The notes beneath the pieces were generated by a model, which was not told the origin of the DNA, made no database searches, and saw nothing but the letters and a program-made list of their open reading frames with translations. A program made the position numbers and the translations under genes. Positions 1 to 10,504 of a DNA stretch of 31,851 nt are shown piece by piece. The DNA lies in the NCBI GenBank assembly GCA_016840165.1, contig JAEOSU010000087.1:1-31851 (forward strand), read 5' to 3'. Origin of the DNA: Promethearchaeota archaeon. Lineage in GTDB: Archaea > Asgardarchaeota > Lokiarchaeia > Sigyniarchaeales > SOKP01. Within the stretch, counting starts at the first letter, position 1; the number at the start of each line of letters is the position of its first letter.

Positions 1-3000
1 ATCAGGTCCACTCGAGAAGGAATGATACGCAAAAGTTCATAGCAATTATCACTATTTATATCAAAAATGTGAAATACTTGCTCCGATTCGGAAGGAATGG
101 TACTTTCTGTGCTAAATTGGGAATCTATTATCCAACCATTTTGCCCATCAAATTCAAATACACTCACATCTAAATAACCGCTAGCCTCTTGGATGACAAT
201 TGGCTGCCAGTGCGTTGCGTTCTCAAAGGTACCCCAACTGCCCCAAAGGTCTGAATCAGAAGGAGAAGTAATTGGAAGAGGGAGATAATCATAGGCAAAG
301 TCGTGATCAAATAAGGATTCAAGGAAGTCTAAATCTTGAGAGATATCCCAGGTAATTTCATAATTGGCAGTATCACCATTGGCAACGATAGTGGTGGAGT
401 TTAAGACTAAGGGTACCCATCGGTTTACGGTAGGATCGTAATATTCCATAATAATATCCCATAAGGTTTCTGAAGTGCCGCTAAAGTAGTTTTCAATGGT
501 TCCGCTAAGAGTCTGGTTATTAGATATCTCGGTCACGTTAAACTCAAAAATATGTCCGAAGATAATATCCGTTAACAATTGAAGTTGGGTATAATCATAT
601 AGCATCATATCGTGATTTTCAATAAGATAATTACCTGCTTTATCAAAGAGATAGGCTTTCAGATAATAGGTGCCTGAAGGAACACTCTCTAACGCATCAC
701 CATCCCAGTAATAATTCCACAAATTCTCTTCGCCGCCAAAATAGGCTCTACCTATATAATCATAATTATTACCATCCTCTGAACCATAGAGCATAATACG
801 GTTAACATCTTCAAGTCCTTGCATAGTAGGCTCAACAGCAGAGACATTGATGGCAATTGTGGAATCAGCATAAACATCAGAGCCAAAGATGAGGATACCA
901 TTCTCTGAGGAATCGGTGCCCAAATGCCATTCAAACATGGAATCGGAACCGTTTTTAGTCATATTGTTATCAAAGATACCGGTATAGTCATGGGAATACA
1001 GTACATTACCCAAGCCATCTTTCGCAGCTATCCAGAAAAGGAAGGATTGTGATTCATTCAGATTGAGATATTCAGATATATTGAAATAATTATTACCTCC
1101 TGAAAGTAATTGCCATCGATTTGTAGTGGTATTAAATTGGAAATTAATCTTATTTGCTGGAACAAATTCATAGCACTGGATCATGATTTGATCGGTTAAA
1201 GCTGGTGCTAAAGCATAGCGATAGCGGGAATCAATGGAAATTACTCGAGAAGTGCCTTCTAAAATGTAACTGAAATCCTCAATAATGTAATTACCAATCG
1301 AAAGCCCGTGGATATGGCGAATCCGGGAGACATCAGAACTTTCTCCAAAGCCAGTTAAGGAATAAGTAAATTGATCATAATTTAACGATCCTAAAATGGA
1401 TACATTATACCAGGATAAAGTATTGGTAAAATAAAATGAAAGTGAATCAATCCCAAATTGTTCATATAAGGTCTGATTAATCCCTTCCCAAGTAAAGTCA
1501 TCAAATATCTCATCAAATGCTTCAATTGATATGAATTCCTGCTCATTAAAGTATAAGACATCATTTATAGTGTTATTATAGATATTTTGTCCATCCACAT
1601 ACAACTCCTCGATTATATCTTCTAATGTAGCCACTGAGGAATCAAGGTATACATTAGCTATGGTATAAGTACCCACATTCTGAGCGCTATCCGTTGCCAG
1701 AAGCGTAAGATTATAATAACCATTCGGAAGTCCTTGACTATCAATCAAGATAGTCCAGATATTCCCATTCTTACCCAGAGAATACTTCAAATTGGAGATG
1801 GTAGTTCCCGAGCTAAGATGGAGTGCTTCCACCAACAGAGAAAAACCACATACCTCACCGATAGTGGCATTAATGGCATAGAGATCGGTCCAGTAATTAG
1901 AGCTGGTTTGAACATTGCTAATCTGGGGTAAGGTTTTATCCAACCATAACACGAAGCTGACCTGTGATTCGAGCCCTAAACTGTCATTACAGGTAAGCAT
2001 GAAATGTTTCTGACCCTCAGATATTGAGGTATCATTCCACCAGAAAGTATAGAGATTACCGTCAATAGTCCAATAACCCTCGATGGTGGTATTAAATTGG
2101 TAGGAGTCCACTTCACTCCAATCACTTATCACAAAAGCAATGGAGCCAGATTCAGGATTTACTGACGCATTATTGAGAAATTGGGTATAAATTTGGGGTC
2201 CGCTTAAATCAATTTCTACGGGAGCATCAAGAATAAATTGAGAAATACTACCGGAAATATCATAAAATTCTCCAACAAAAGTATAATTTCCTTGAGATAT
2301 AGTGCTAAAATCAAAACTCGCAACAAACTGTTCATCGGGCAAAAAAGCGGTAGAAACACCATATTCGATAATAATCGGACTACTGACATTATAGTTACCA
2401 TCCAAGTCTTTTGATGTAAGCAGATTAATTAATAACTCATCATTGGAGACAAAATAGCTAAAGTCATATAGCGTGCCATTAATCTTGACTGATTCTAGTG
2501 AGCAAAACCCTCCAGAAGTGGGCTCGGGAACATCGACAATGAGATAATTATTTGTAATTTCCACCTCTGCTGAACTGCCAGTGGTAGCATTGGTATAACT
2601 TATTGCCGATTCAATAGCCCAGAAGCCAAATCGTTCCGTAGTATGGCTTACCTCTGTATCTGCAGTGCGATCTTCTTGAGAGCAAGTAATATGCTGGGTA
2701 GAGGTATGTGTACCATCGTAAGATAACGCCCATCCCCCATCACCTCCTGCTCTGTCGTTCTGGCTGACCACAATAAGAGGTGCGGAGGTAAAGCTTTGAG
2801 CAAAAGAAAAAGTGTGCCCATTATTACTTTTTCCACTACTATCAGAATCTTGATTATGAAGAGTCTCATATTTCACTCCGCTAATCGTACCTGTTTGACC
2901 CGATTCGATAGCAATCCAACCGATAGTTTCTGTGGTAATAGAAGTGGACGTTTCCGCGTCTTCTTGGGATAATTGGAAGGATGAACTGCCCACATTATCG

Positions 3001-6000
3001 GTACAAGAGGCTTTAAACTCGTCGTTATTATAGGTATTGAGGGAATGGAGTACTGCAGGGGTTGCAGAAAAAGATGAGCTAAAGGAGACGGTTTCATATT
3101 CGGTACTGGGGTTAGTATACTTGCCGCAACATTTGGAGGTGGAGACCGTACCCGCTTTAACCTTCGTACCGTCTGGAAGCTGCCATTCTCCTGCTTCCAT
3201 AACGATATATGTCAATGATTCGGAAGGATGTCCTGCAGAATAATCATAGGCACCATCGGGAGGCTCTGCCATAAATACATCTGCTCCCGTACTGGAGACA
3301 TTGTCAAATCGTACAGAGACTTCCTCATCATTATTGCGAGTATAGATATAGCCGACAATTACAGAGCTCGTATATGAATACGTAAACGAGATATGGAATG
3401 AATATCCTTGGTCTATGTTATTGGTAAGAGTAACAGAACCGACTTCAAATTGAAAGACATCCCCTTCTCCCCCTCCTCCTCCTTCACCTTCATTTAAGGT
3501 CTTATTCTCTAGTATATCATAATTAGGATGCAAAGGTATTGAAGTAACAAATTCATTCTCATCATCATAGAGTTTTAACAGCGGAGGAGCATTATTCACA
3601 ATATACGGAATGGAATGCAAGTTGGAATAGGTATCGGTATCATTCACAAAACTCATAAAAATATTATCTTGAGTTAAGGTTAAATTGTAGGTTACATCCG
3701 AAATTTCAACCGTATCATTAAATACTTGGGAGGTTACAGTAATGATTACCTCTTTTTCCGTTACATATTCATCTCCCAGTGAACCTTGAAACAAGACTAT
3801 TCGGAGTTCAATAAAGGTCAACTTACTGCCAAAAATCGGATAAAAGGTGGAATTAAGCTTAATATCATCATCAATTATCCCATCATCTTCAAAATAAATA
3901 TGATCTTCTTCAGAGACCACATTAGTAAGGCTAAAGGTTTCATAGCCTGTGGTAAGTAACACTTTCGTAATATCATTATCGACAGGTAGGATTTTTACTG
4001 ATAGGTCAACCATATCCTCAGAATCTAACCCAAATAAAGATCCGCTCTCCAGACCTTCAATAGTGAACAATTGATGATTATTCAATTCTTTGATAAACCA
4101 GTAACTTCCTTCATATAAGATCTCACTATTGTCTAAAGCATCATACCCAATAAAGCGTAACGCAATATTATCATCACGGAAGGTGAGGATATCCATGGCA
4201 ATCTCCGCAAGACTATCCTCTGCTTCAAATTGTCCGTAGCTGATCCAGTCTGCTGTTGTTGGGGTAATATATTTGTATTGCAGTTCTACTTTAGCAAAGT
4301 CGTTACTTGTCGAGCTAATTCCCATCGTAATAACATTATCTTCGATAGTATCATAGGTTGCACCTAAGGATAGAGTATATCCATTGGTCAGCAAGGTAAG
4401 CTCCGGACCTTCCAAATCGAGGGTGATGGAATCCAAAGTATAATTATAGAGGTAATAATTTGCACCATAAATGTAACTCAAGTTGGCTTCCACAACAAAC
4501 CGAATCGAAGTCTCAGCATCCATTAATCCTTTAGATTGCGCCCAACTTTCTACTTCTTCAAGTGTTAGCAACCAATAATTGCTATAAAGATCATTATAAG
4601 TAACATTTTTGAGATAATCAATTTGATTCGAATAATTCACATATAAATTTAGTGAGGATAAATGCGACTCATATCCCTCTAGTATATCAACTCCAATCGA
4701 GGAGTGATGATTGATCTTTCCTGATACGTCAAGATAAGTATAATTGATCAAGTCCTTAAAATGATCAATGCCAAAATAGGTATCCCATACCTCATAGATT
4801 GTATTATTATCAATATCTGTGCCTTTAACAATATAATACCAAGACTCATTATCAGGAAGCTCCCAGGTATCCAATAAAAAGGAATAAGAATAAGCATCAT
4901 ACTCATAACTGGTAATCAAATCCCAGTCATCTTCCGTTTGCGTTTGCAGATCGGGATAGGTTTCAGAGAGATACATTTCCAGCTCAACGACTTCATTACC
5001 TGCAGCAGTGCAAACTAAATTAATATAGCCATTTTGAAGTTCTCCAGAAGTCGTAATCAAACTCCAGCCACCTTGCCCATCATCCTTATAGATACCGGGC
5101 GATAGAGAGACGATAGGCGCACCCATATGGTTGACAATTTGCATATCGGTGATCGAGCTATTAAAGACCGAAATTTCATCTAACTTTCCTGCAAAACAGG
5201 TATAATTAGTCAGTTCTGCACCAATTGTGAGATTTCCTCCGTTCTGGATGGCACCACCACCATTCCATGGTTCAATACTTCCTCCTAAAGCGTCGCGACA
5301 CCATGTATCCCCAAGAAATACGTCCACATCCGATTCATTATAGCGAACTGCAATATAAGTCCATTGGTTTAATGGGATGACATTGGAGAAACCATAAGTC
5401 GCTGTAGTTTCTACACTAACAGTATTAAGATAGAGCATAAGGAACCCACTTTCATTAATACCTATCTCAATACTTCCTGCTTTGGCAAAAAAGGTATTTT
5501 TGATACCATGTAAGTTGCTCGTGTCATTATAAGCAGTTGGATAGACCCAGCCAGTAATAGCAAACGTATCATCATTAGTTCCCCAACTGTTATCTAAAAT
5601 GTCTCCAAAGAATACATAATCAAAATCTTCATATGAGACCTCACTACTTCCTGACGGTTCACTTGGCCATTGGACTACTTCGTAGGTCACCAGTTTCTCT
5701 TGTCCATTATCGGATTCTGTAAACGTGATCTGAGAAGTAGAAGTCAGGCGATAGTCAATCGAACCACGTGGGAGTGCTGTGCCCGCGCCATCCATACTGG
5801 CTTGTGCGAATATGCTGGTAGCATCTATATTGCTGACTGTAGAGATGTCTTCAGCCCATTGATTTTCCTCGCTTCCGCCCGCTGTCTTATAATACCAATC
5901 ATGCTCGACAGTCATCACATTACCTGTAGATTGGGTGTTTTCGATGATCCAGCAAGTCTTATAGCGAGTACCAGATGTAGCTGAATTGCGAATCCGTAAT

Positions 6001-9000
6001 TGGCTATTACTAGTAATTTCTACATTATCTCCTGCATCATCAAGTCCAGTAGCATCATTATCCGTTCGAAATTGTTGATGCATAAAAGCGCGAGAATAAT
6101 TCAGCAGATCCACCCCTCCTTCACTTTGGATGGAAATATCTGTATATGCGCTGTTATAATTGGATGTAGTCCATGCGGTCGTACACTCAGTAGAAATATC
6201 TAATCTCTGGACATCCCGCCAATTAGAACCGATGAATTCTACTACCGCATAGGATACGCCATCATTGGAAGATGCTGATTTACCTCGCGTAAATCGTGGA
6301 ATATAAGGTCCCATTCCCGTTAATTCTGCGGTAAATAATGATTGCCACCAATCTCCTGTTCCAGTACTGATTGCTTTTTGTCCGGTAATGAAAACGACCA
6401 CTTTATCAGAGTCTGCAATAGTGGAAAGAGAGCTTCCATCACATGTAGCAGTGGTTCCCGAACAAGTTGCAGTTCCGACTCCCCGTACCACCATTTCATT
6501 AGCTCCTCCACTTGCTCCAGTATACTGGAGAATTTCCCACGTTACTCTATCATCATTTGCAGTACCTGTCCTTTCAAAAGTAATACTGGTCGCAATATTA
6601 TCGGGATTTTTTATCCGTACCGCAAAATCATCATTATTTTGATTTCCTCCTCCGCTCGTCCTTCCCATTCCTGTGAGACGAGTGTTAGTAATTCGAATAA
6701 AGCAGGTAGAGACATCTTGCCCCGATTCCAACGTATAATCTGTTCCTTCTGTAATCGTGGCTTCTGTATTGCCAGAGGAAATAATCGTAGTACCACGAAT
6801 AACCATAAAATCTTGTCCCGTTCCGCTCCCCCCGCCTCCTCCTGTAATCACTCCTTCACCGTCAAACGCAATTCCATACTCATTCTTCCCAGAAGTCCAG
6901 GTAGCATTTCCTTCTAAAGTCCCTTCAAGAGTATGAATCTCATCATATGTGGAACTGCCAGTATTTTCATCAAACAGCGCCCAAAAGTCTAAACTGCTGG
7001 GAGGCGTATAGGAAGCGGCAAGTAATTCGAGTAAGTCATGAATGGTGAAGTACCAGTCGGGATAATAATCATGATCATCATCTAAGAAAAACCTACCATA
7101 GCGGGAGTGGAATTCTAGACCTGCAAATTCTTCATAATACATTGGATGATATTTCTCATCGCCCGAATATTCGATCTTGGCAAGAGCACTTTTTTCCATC
7201 GAGCCATAGACCGTATGCGTATAATGAAACCTTCCAAGAGCATCAGGATGTATTGTGGTTATATATTTATACGTATCATAATCTTCCAGATATAAATCCA
7301 CGCTATCGACAGGATATGGTTCTTGAAGGCTATTGACCACCTGTCCATCGAATATCACCGAATAGCAATTGTCCGTGGGATGCTCAAAAGTATAGACTGC
7401 TCCATAGAACTGTCCATCTAAGGTATCATCAAAAATTTCATTGGAGATGACGGTTAATCGGTCCTTATCAATAGTTAATTCATAGATTTTAGGAGAGGAG
7501 GTTTGAATCGAAAAGCCAATAAGACGGCTAAAGGTAACTTGTACTTTATAAGTACCTGGATACAAAAATAATTCATTTAAATTAATCTCCGTTAGTAGTT
7601 CATATTCTTCAAGAGGGCCATGAATAAACTCCGAGTAGGCAACATGGGGTAAAAAGTCGATAATACCCTTCGCAAGTTCGAGTGGGATGAATTCAACAGT
7701 AAATCGTCCCGTCTGGGCAAAACCCAGCGATACATAACTTTTCATTAATAGTTGATCATTGATCGCTAACTGTTCTTCGAGGTCTGACAATTCAGGATAA
7801 TATTCTAATCCCATCAGATCAATAGAACTGGTACTTAATCGTTGTTCTTGTGATACGTAGGCAAATTCCAAATCCGGACAGTTGATTGCCATGACAGAAT
7901 TAGTCAGAAACAAGAGGGGCATGATAACCAAAAATATACATATTAAAATCGAAGCTCGTTGATTCCGGTCTTCTAACGCAAACCGATAGGCTCGAGAATA
8001 TGTTTTTCCTTTATTGTATAACGCTTTTTTCATCGCTAACAATTTTCGAACCTTGGAGGGGGCTCGAATGGTTAATAGCAATACCACAATGATGGTAATG
8101 GTGGTGGGAATAAAGAGATTGTTGGGGCGGAAGAGAGCCATCCAGCTGAAGAGTAAGAGCACCCCAAATAGCGACCAGCCTAACAGATAAAATTTATATA
8201 GGTGATAGATCATTTTAAGCGTGCGACGGTTGGGTTTATCAATCTTCGGATAAGAAGGGGAAGTGAAAATCAGCATCCATGAACCGATAATGATGCTCAC
8301 ATTAATACCCAAGCTTACCCAATATAATTCTAAAAAGGATAACCCAAATGTAGTGATTAATGCTCCGAGGGGAATGAAATAGATACATCTTGCTTTTCGA
8401 TAGGAGCGCGTGGCATCCTTTTTTATAGTAAGATCTCTCTTTCGTGAAACTGCGAACACCGATAAATAATGAACTCCCAAAATAAGCATCTGGTAGCCTA
8501 AAAATAACTCCATAGAATATGCAAGATTTAAAGGCGTGTAGAAGGAGATACCTGCCAGAAAGAAAATTCCTATCAGGAAAATCAATTGCAAAGCATTCCA
8601 TAAAGTCAGCTTTTCTTTAAGATGCCCGATATTAAATCGTATGTGAGTGAAGAATGACATGGATTTAAGTTCCTGTCGGGTTCTTCTCCGACGATTGAGC
8701 TCCAGCAAAAGTGCTTTTCCGCGTAATTTCTGTTTTCTAGTTTTTCTTATTTTGGTTTTTGGCAATTTATGCTCTTGATGCTGAGGCAATTTAGTGTGAC
8801 TGATGTTTTCTTTAGAACCTGTTGATGTGGAAGTATTATGTTTTTTTGTCAGATGTTCTTCATATAATCGCTGTTCATAGGCAATACGCGACTCCATATC
8901 ATAATACGGTAAGGGGATCTTCTTTTGCTTTTCTGAAAACGTCTTAGGGAGGAGATATTTGATTGATTTGGGGATGGAAAAACCTTGCGATGTTTCTTGA

Positions 9001-9683
9001 AGTTTCGATTCTGAGAAGGGAGGGATATGAGCATTAGGCAGAACAGTCTTCAGTCTATTTTTCTTTACCTGATATGCATAATCTGTTCGATAGAGTTTTT
9101 GAAGCTCTAGACGGTGTTTTTGTTTTATCTGATTTAATTTTTGGCGAATAATGGAGGTTTTATTCGGTTCCATCCCCAAATGGGCATCTATTCGACGGCT
9201 TGGAGAGTCTTCTTTTTCATGGGACTCGGAATGAGATAGGGTTACTTCTTGAGGAATTTCTGGGAGATAATTACTGAACCTCTCAGGCTCCTCTTCAAAA
9301 TTAATTTCTTCTGGCTCTTCTTGCCATTTTTCTTTTATGCAGACATAGTTTTTGATTTCTTGCTCCATATTTAAGTAGGTATTTTCAATGTTATATTCTG
9401 CTGGGATTTGGTAAGATTCATTAGCTTTGCAATAAGCACAGGAATTAAGGAACTCAGCTTGTCTACGTGAATAATCTTTAATTTCCTGATCAACCGTAGC
9501 TCGAGCATGGGAAATTATTGGCTCGGAGATATTATAATTAGCTTGGATAAGATACTGGATGGTCAGGTGCGTCTTATAATCCCTAGGTAGATTGGGTTTT
9601 TGAGAGAAATTTTTTCCATTCTTATTTTTTATTTTTTGCTTTTTATTTATTCGAGATTCTATTAAATTTGGATATCTTTCCAT
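1..9683 (-). CDS. Giant multi-pass membrane-anchored surface protein/adhesin, >3227 aa, 3'-partial (charged N-terminus, ~7 TM, split LamG domain, lectin-like repeats, Ig-like domains)
   Basis: Manual translation from ATG at 9683 (MERYPNLIESR...) stays open to the window edge (...LLRIIPSRVDL); AGGTGA SD 7 nt upstream. Hydrophobic helices at ~7885-8610. LamG motifs WALFDENTGSSTYD...GIAFDG, FAITGWVYP, NQWTYIAVRY, FAGKLDEISVFN. Ig-like motifs LPNGYYNLTLLATDSAQN and PSGTYYLKAYLFDKAGN. Many N-x-S/T sequons. Absent from the ORF track because it has no stop inside the window. Confidence 0.93.
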   Translation of the reverse strand, partial: MERYPNLIESRINKKQKIKNKNGKNFSQKPNLPRDYKTHLTIQYLIQANYNISEPIISHARATVDQEIKDYSRRQAEFLNSCAYCKANESYQIPAEYNIENTYLNMEQEIKNYVCIKEKWQEEPEEINFEEEPERFSNYLPEIPQEVTLSHSESHEKEDSPSRRIDAHLGMEPNKTSIIRQKLNQIKQKHRLELQKLYRTDYAYQVKKNRLKTVLPNAHIPPFSESKLQETSQGFSIPKSIKYLLPKTFSEKQKKIPLPYYDMESRIAYEQRLYEEHLTKKHNTSTSTGSKENISHTKLPQHQEHKLPKTKIRKTRKQKLRGKALLLELNRRRRTRQELKSMSFFTHIRFNIGHLKEKLTLWNALQLIFLIGIFFLAGISFYTPLNLAYSMELFLGYQMLILGVHYLSVFAVSRKRDLTIKKDATRSYRKARCIYFIPLGALITTFGLSFLELYWVSLGINVSIIIGSWMLIFTSPSYPKIDKPNRRTLKMIYHLYKFYLLGWSLFGVLLLFSWMALFRPNNLFIPTTITIIVVLLLTIRAPSKVRKLLAMKKALYNKGKTYSRAYRFALEDRNQRASILICIFLVIMPLLFLTNSVMAINCPDLEFAYVSQEQRLSTSSIDLMGLEYYPELSDLEEQLAINDQLLMKSYVSLGFAQTGRFTVEFIPLELAKGIIDFLPHVAYSEFIHGPLEEYELLTEINLNELFLYPGTYKVQVTFSRLIGFSIQTSSPKIYELTIDKDRLTVISNEIFDDTLDGQFYGAVYTFEHPTDNCYSVIFDGQVVNSLQEPYPVDSVDLYLEDYDTYKYITTIHPDALGRFHYTHTVYGSMEKSALAKIEYSGDEKYHPMYYEEFAGLEFHSRYGRFFLDDDHDYYPDWYFTIHDLLELLAASYTPPSSLDFWALFDENTGSSTYDEIHTLEGTLEGNATWTSGKNEYGIAFDGEGVITGGGGGSGTGQDFMVIRGTTIISSGNTEATITEGTDYTLESGQDVSTCFIRITNTRLTGMGRTSGGGNQNNDDFAVRIKNPDNIATSITFERTGTANDDRVTWEILQYTGASGGANEMVVRGVGTATCSGTTATCDGSSLSTIADSDKVVVFITGQKAISTGTGDWWQSLFTAELTGMGPYIPRFTRGKSASSNDGVSYAVVEFIGSNWRDVQRLDISTECTTAWTTSNYNSAYTDISIQSEGGVDLLNYSRAFMHQQFRTDNDATGLDDAGDNVEITSNSQLRIRNSATSGTRYKTCWIIENTQSTGNVMTVEHDWYYKTAGGSEENQWAEDISTVSNIDATSIFAQASMDGAGTALPRGSIDYRLTSTSQITFTESDNGQEKLVTYEVVQWPSEPSGSSEVSYEDFDYVFFGDILDNSWGTNDDTFAITGWVYPTAYNDTSNLHGIKNTFFAKAGSIEIGINESGFLMLYLNTVSVETTATYGFSNVIPLNQWTYIAVRYNESDVDVFLGDTWCRDALGGSIEPWNGGGAIQNGGNLTIGAELTNYTCFAGKLDEISVFNSSITDMQIVNHMGAPIVSLSPGIYKDDGQGGWSLITTSGELQNGYINLVCTAAGNEVVELEMYLSETYPDLQTQTEDDWDLITSYEYDAYSYSFLLDTWELPDNESWYYIVKGTDIDNNTIYEVWDTYFGIDHFKDLINYTYLDVSGKINHHSSIGVDILEGYESHLSSLNLYVNYSNQIDYLKNVTYNDLYSNYWLLTLEEVESWAQSKGLMDAETSIRFVVEANLSYIYGANYYLYNYTLDSITLDLEGPELTLLTNGYTLSLGATYDTIEDNVITMGISSTSNDFAKVELQYKYITPTTADWISYGQFEAEDSLAEIAMDILTFRDDNIALRFIGYDALDNSEILYEGSYWFIKELNNHQLFTIEGLESGSLFGLDSEDMVDLSVKILPVDNDITKVLLTTGYETFSLTNVVSEEDHIYFEDDGIIDDDIKLNSTFYPIFGSKLTFIELRIVLFQGSLGDEYVTEKEVIITVTSQVFNDTVEISDVTYNLTLTQDNIFMSFVNDTDTYSNLHSIPYIVNNAPPLLKLYDDENEFVTSIPLHPNYDILENKTLNEGEGGGGGEGDVFQFEVGSVTLTNNIDQGYSFHISFTYSYTSSVIVGYIYTRNNDEEVSVRFDNVSSTGADVFMAEPPDGAYDYSAGHPSESLTYIVMEAGEWQLPDGTKVKAGTVSTSKCCGKYTNPSTEYETVSFSSSFSATPAVLHSLNTYNNDEFKASCTDNVGSSSFQLSQEDAETSTSITTETIGWIAIESGQTGTISGVKYETLHNQDSDSSGKSNNGHTFSFAQSFTSAPLIVVSQNDRAGGDGGWALSYDGTHTSTQHITCSQEDRTADTEVSHTTERFGFWAIESAISYTNATTGSSAEVEITNNYLIVDVPEPTSGGFCSLESVKINGTLYDFSYFVSNDELLINLLTSKDLDGNYNVSSPIIIEYGVSTAFLPDEQFVASFDFSTISQGNYTFVGEFYDISGSISQFILDAPVEIDLSGPQIYTQFLNNASVNPESGSIAFVISDWSEVDSYQFNTTIEGYWTIDGNLYTFWWNDTSISEGQKHFMLTCNDSLGLESQVSFVLWLDKTLPQISNVQTSSNYWTDLYAINATIGEVCGFSLLVEALHLSSGTTISNLKYSLGKNGNIWTILIDSQGLPNGYYNLTLLATDSAQNVGTYTIANVYLDSSVATLEDIIEELYVDGQNIYNNTINDVLYFNEQEFISIEAFDEIFDDFTWEGINQTLYEQFGIDSLSFYFTNTLSWYNVSILGSLNYDQFTYSLTGFGESSDVSRIRHIHGLSIGNYIIEDFSYILEGTSRVISIDSRYRYALAPALTDQIMIQCYEFVPANKINFQFNTTTNRWQLLSGGNNYFNISEYLNLNESQSFLFWIAAKDGLGNVLYSHDYTGIFDNNMTKNGSDSMFEWHLGTDSSENGILIFGSDVYADSTIAINVSAVEPTMQGLEDVNRIMLYGSEDGNNYDYIGRAYFGGEENLWNYYWDGDALESVPSGTYYLKAYLFDKAGNYLIENHDMMLYDYTQLQLLTDIIFGHIFEFNVTEISNNQTLSGTIENYFSGTSETLWDIIMEYYDPTVNRWVPLVLNSTTIVANGDTANYEITWDISQDLDFLESLFDHDFAYDYLPLPITSPSDSDLWGSWGTFENATHWQPIVIQEASGYLDVSVFEFDGQNGWIIDSQFSTESTIPSESEQVFHIFDINSDNCYELLRIIPSRVDL

Positions 9684-9781
9684 TTACATTTCACCTTGGG
9701 GTGAATCAATTTTGTTTAATTTCTTAATTTGATTTTTATAATAAATTTATTATCAGGGAGGAAATGGAGATTACTAATGTG

Positions 9782-10015
9782 CTACACATCATTACTGCAC
9801 TCCTCCTTTTCATGTTGAATTAATTTATAAATTTCCGGCAAATAGAGTTCTGTATTATGCGTGATTGCCAGACGATGGAGTAAAGAATTCATTTGACGCT
9901 GCGCAATTGGTCGGAGTGACTCAATAGCGAGGAATGATAAACCTTCTTGAGAATTTGGTTCTTCTGAAATACAATGCTCCTTCTCATCTGAACTTATACT
10001 CATACTATTCTCCAT
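9782..10015 (-). CDS. Small hypothetical protein upstream of, and co-oriented with, the giant gene
   Basis: 77-aa ORF with acidic N-terminus and helical-looking core, ending ~100 bp before the giant gene start; no recognised domain. Confidence 0.55.
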   Translation of the reverse strand: MENSMSISSDEKEHCISEEPNSQEGLSFLAIESLRPIAQRQMNSLLHRLAITHNTELYLPEIYKLIQHEKEECSNDV

Positions 10016-10488
10016 TTTTAGCTGGATCTATTTAAAGAACGAATCATGATTGTGACAATTTTGGGTAACAAATCGTTCCTCGCCCCCACTTTGCTACCCC
10101 AAATATGGATCCTAAAGTGAACTAGGGTACAAAAATCCTTCGGATTTTTCACTATCGGTGAATACTGATTAATTTTTATTGAAAAATTATATGTCGATAT
10201 TATATTTAAATGCTCTCCCAAAAAAGTCTGTTCCAAAAGTGGAATAGAAATTAAATCATAACGGAGAGCTGGCATTATATTCATTTTTGCAGAAGAATCT
10301 TACTAGGGCGTCGAAAACTTAAACATTTTTCTTTAAATTTGAAAAAACCAGAAAGTTCTAAAAATTATTAATGGTTTAATACAAGAATCTAATTCTACAA
10401 AGTCATATCGCGTTCCGAATAGGTAAACAATAGGGTCTACTTATATGAAATCTATTCCTTTTTTATTGAGACGGTAAATAGAAAAGAA

Positions 10489-10504
10489 GATTGTATATAC
10501 AATC
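10489..10504. promoter_or_regulatory. Perfect 16-bp palindrome, candidate operator
   Basis: GATTGTATATACAATC in the divergent intergenic region between the giant-gene unit and the wHTH gene at 10728. Confidence 0.5.

Noticed and set aside
752-9034. Short ORF-track entries within 752-9034, including the 191-aa Ser/Cys-rich ORF at 6342-6917
   Set aside because: They are alternative-frame or antisense shadows of the uninterrupted giant minus-strand ORF.
10018-10284. 88-aa ORF, and the AAAAATCC-TTC-GGATTTTT hairpin at 10131-10149 within it
   Set aside because: No recognisable motif or SD. It may be promoter/leader DNA, and neither feature could be supported on its own.
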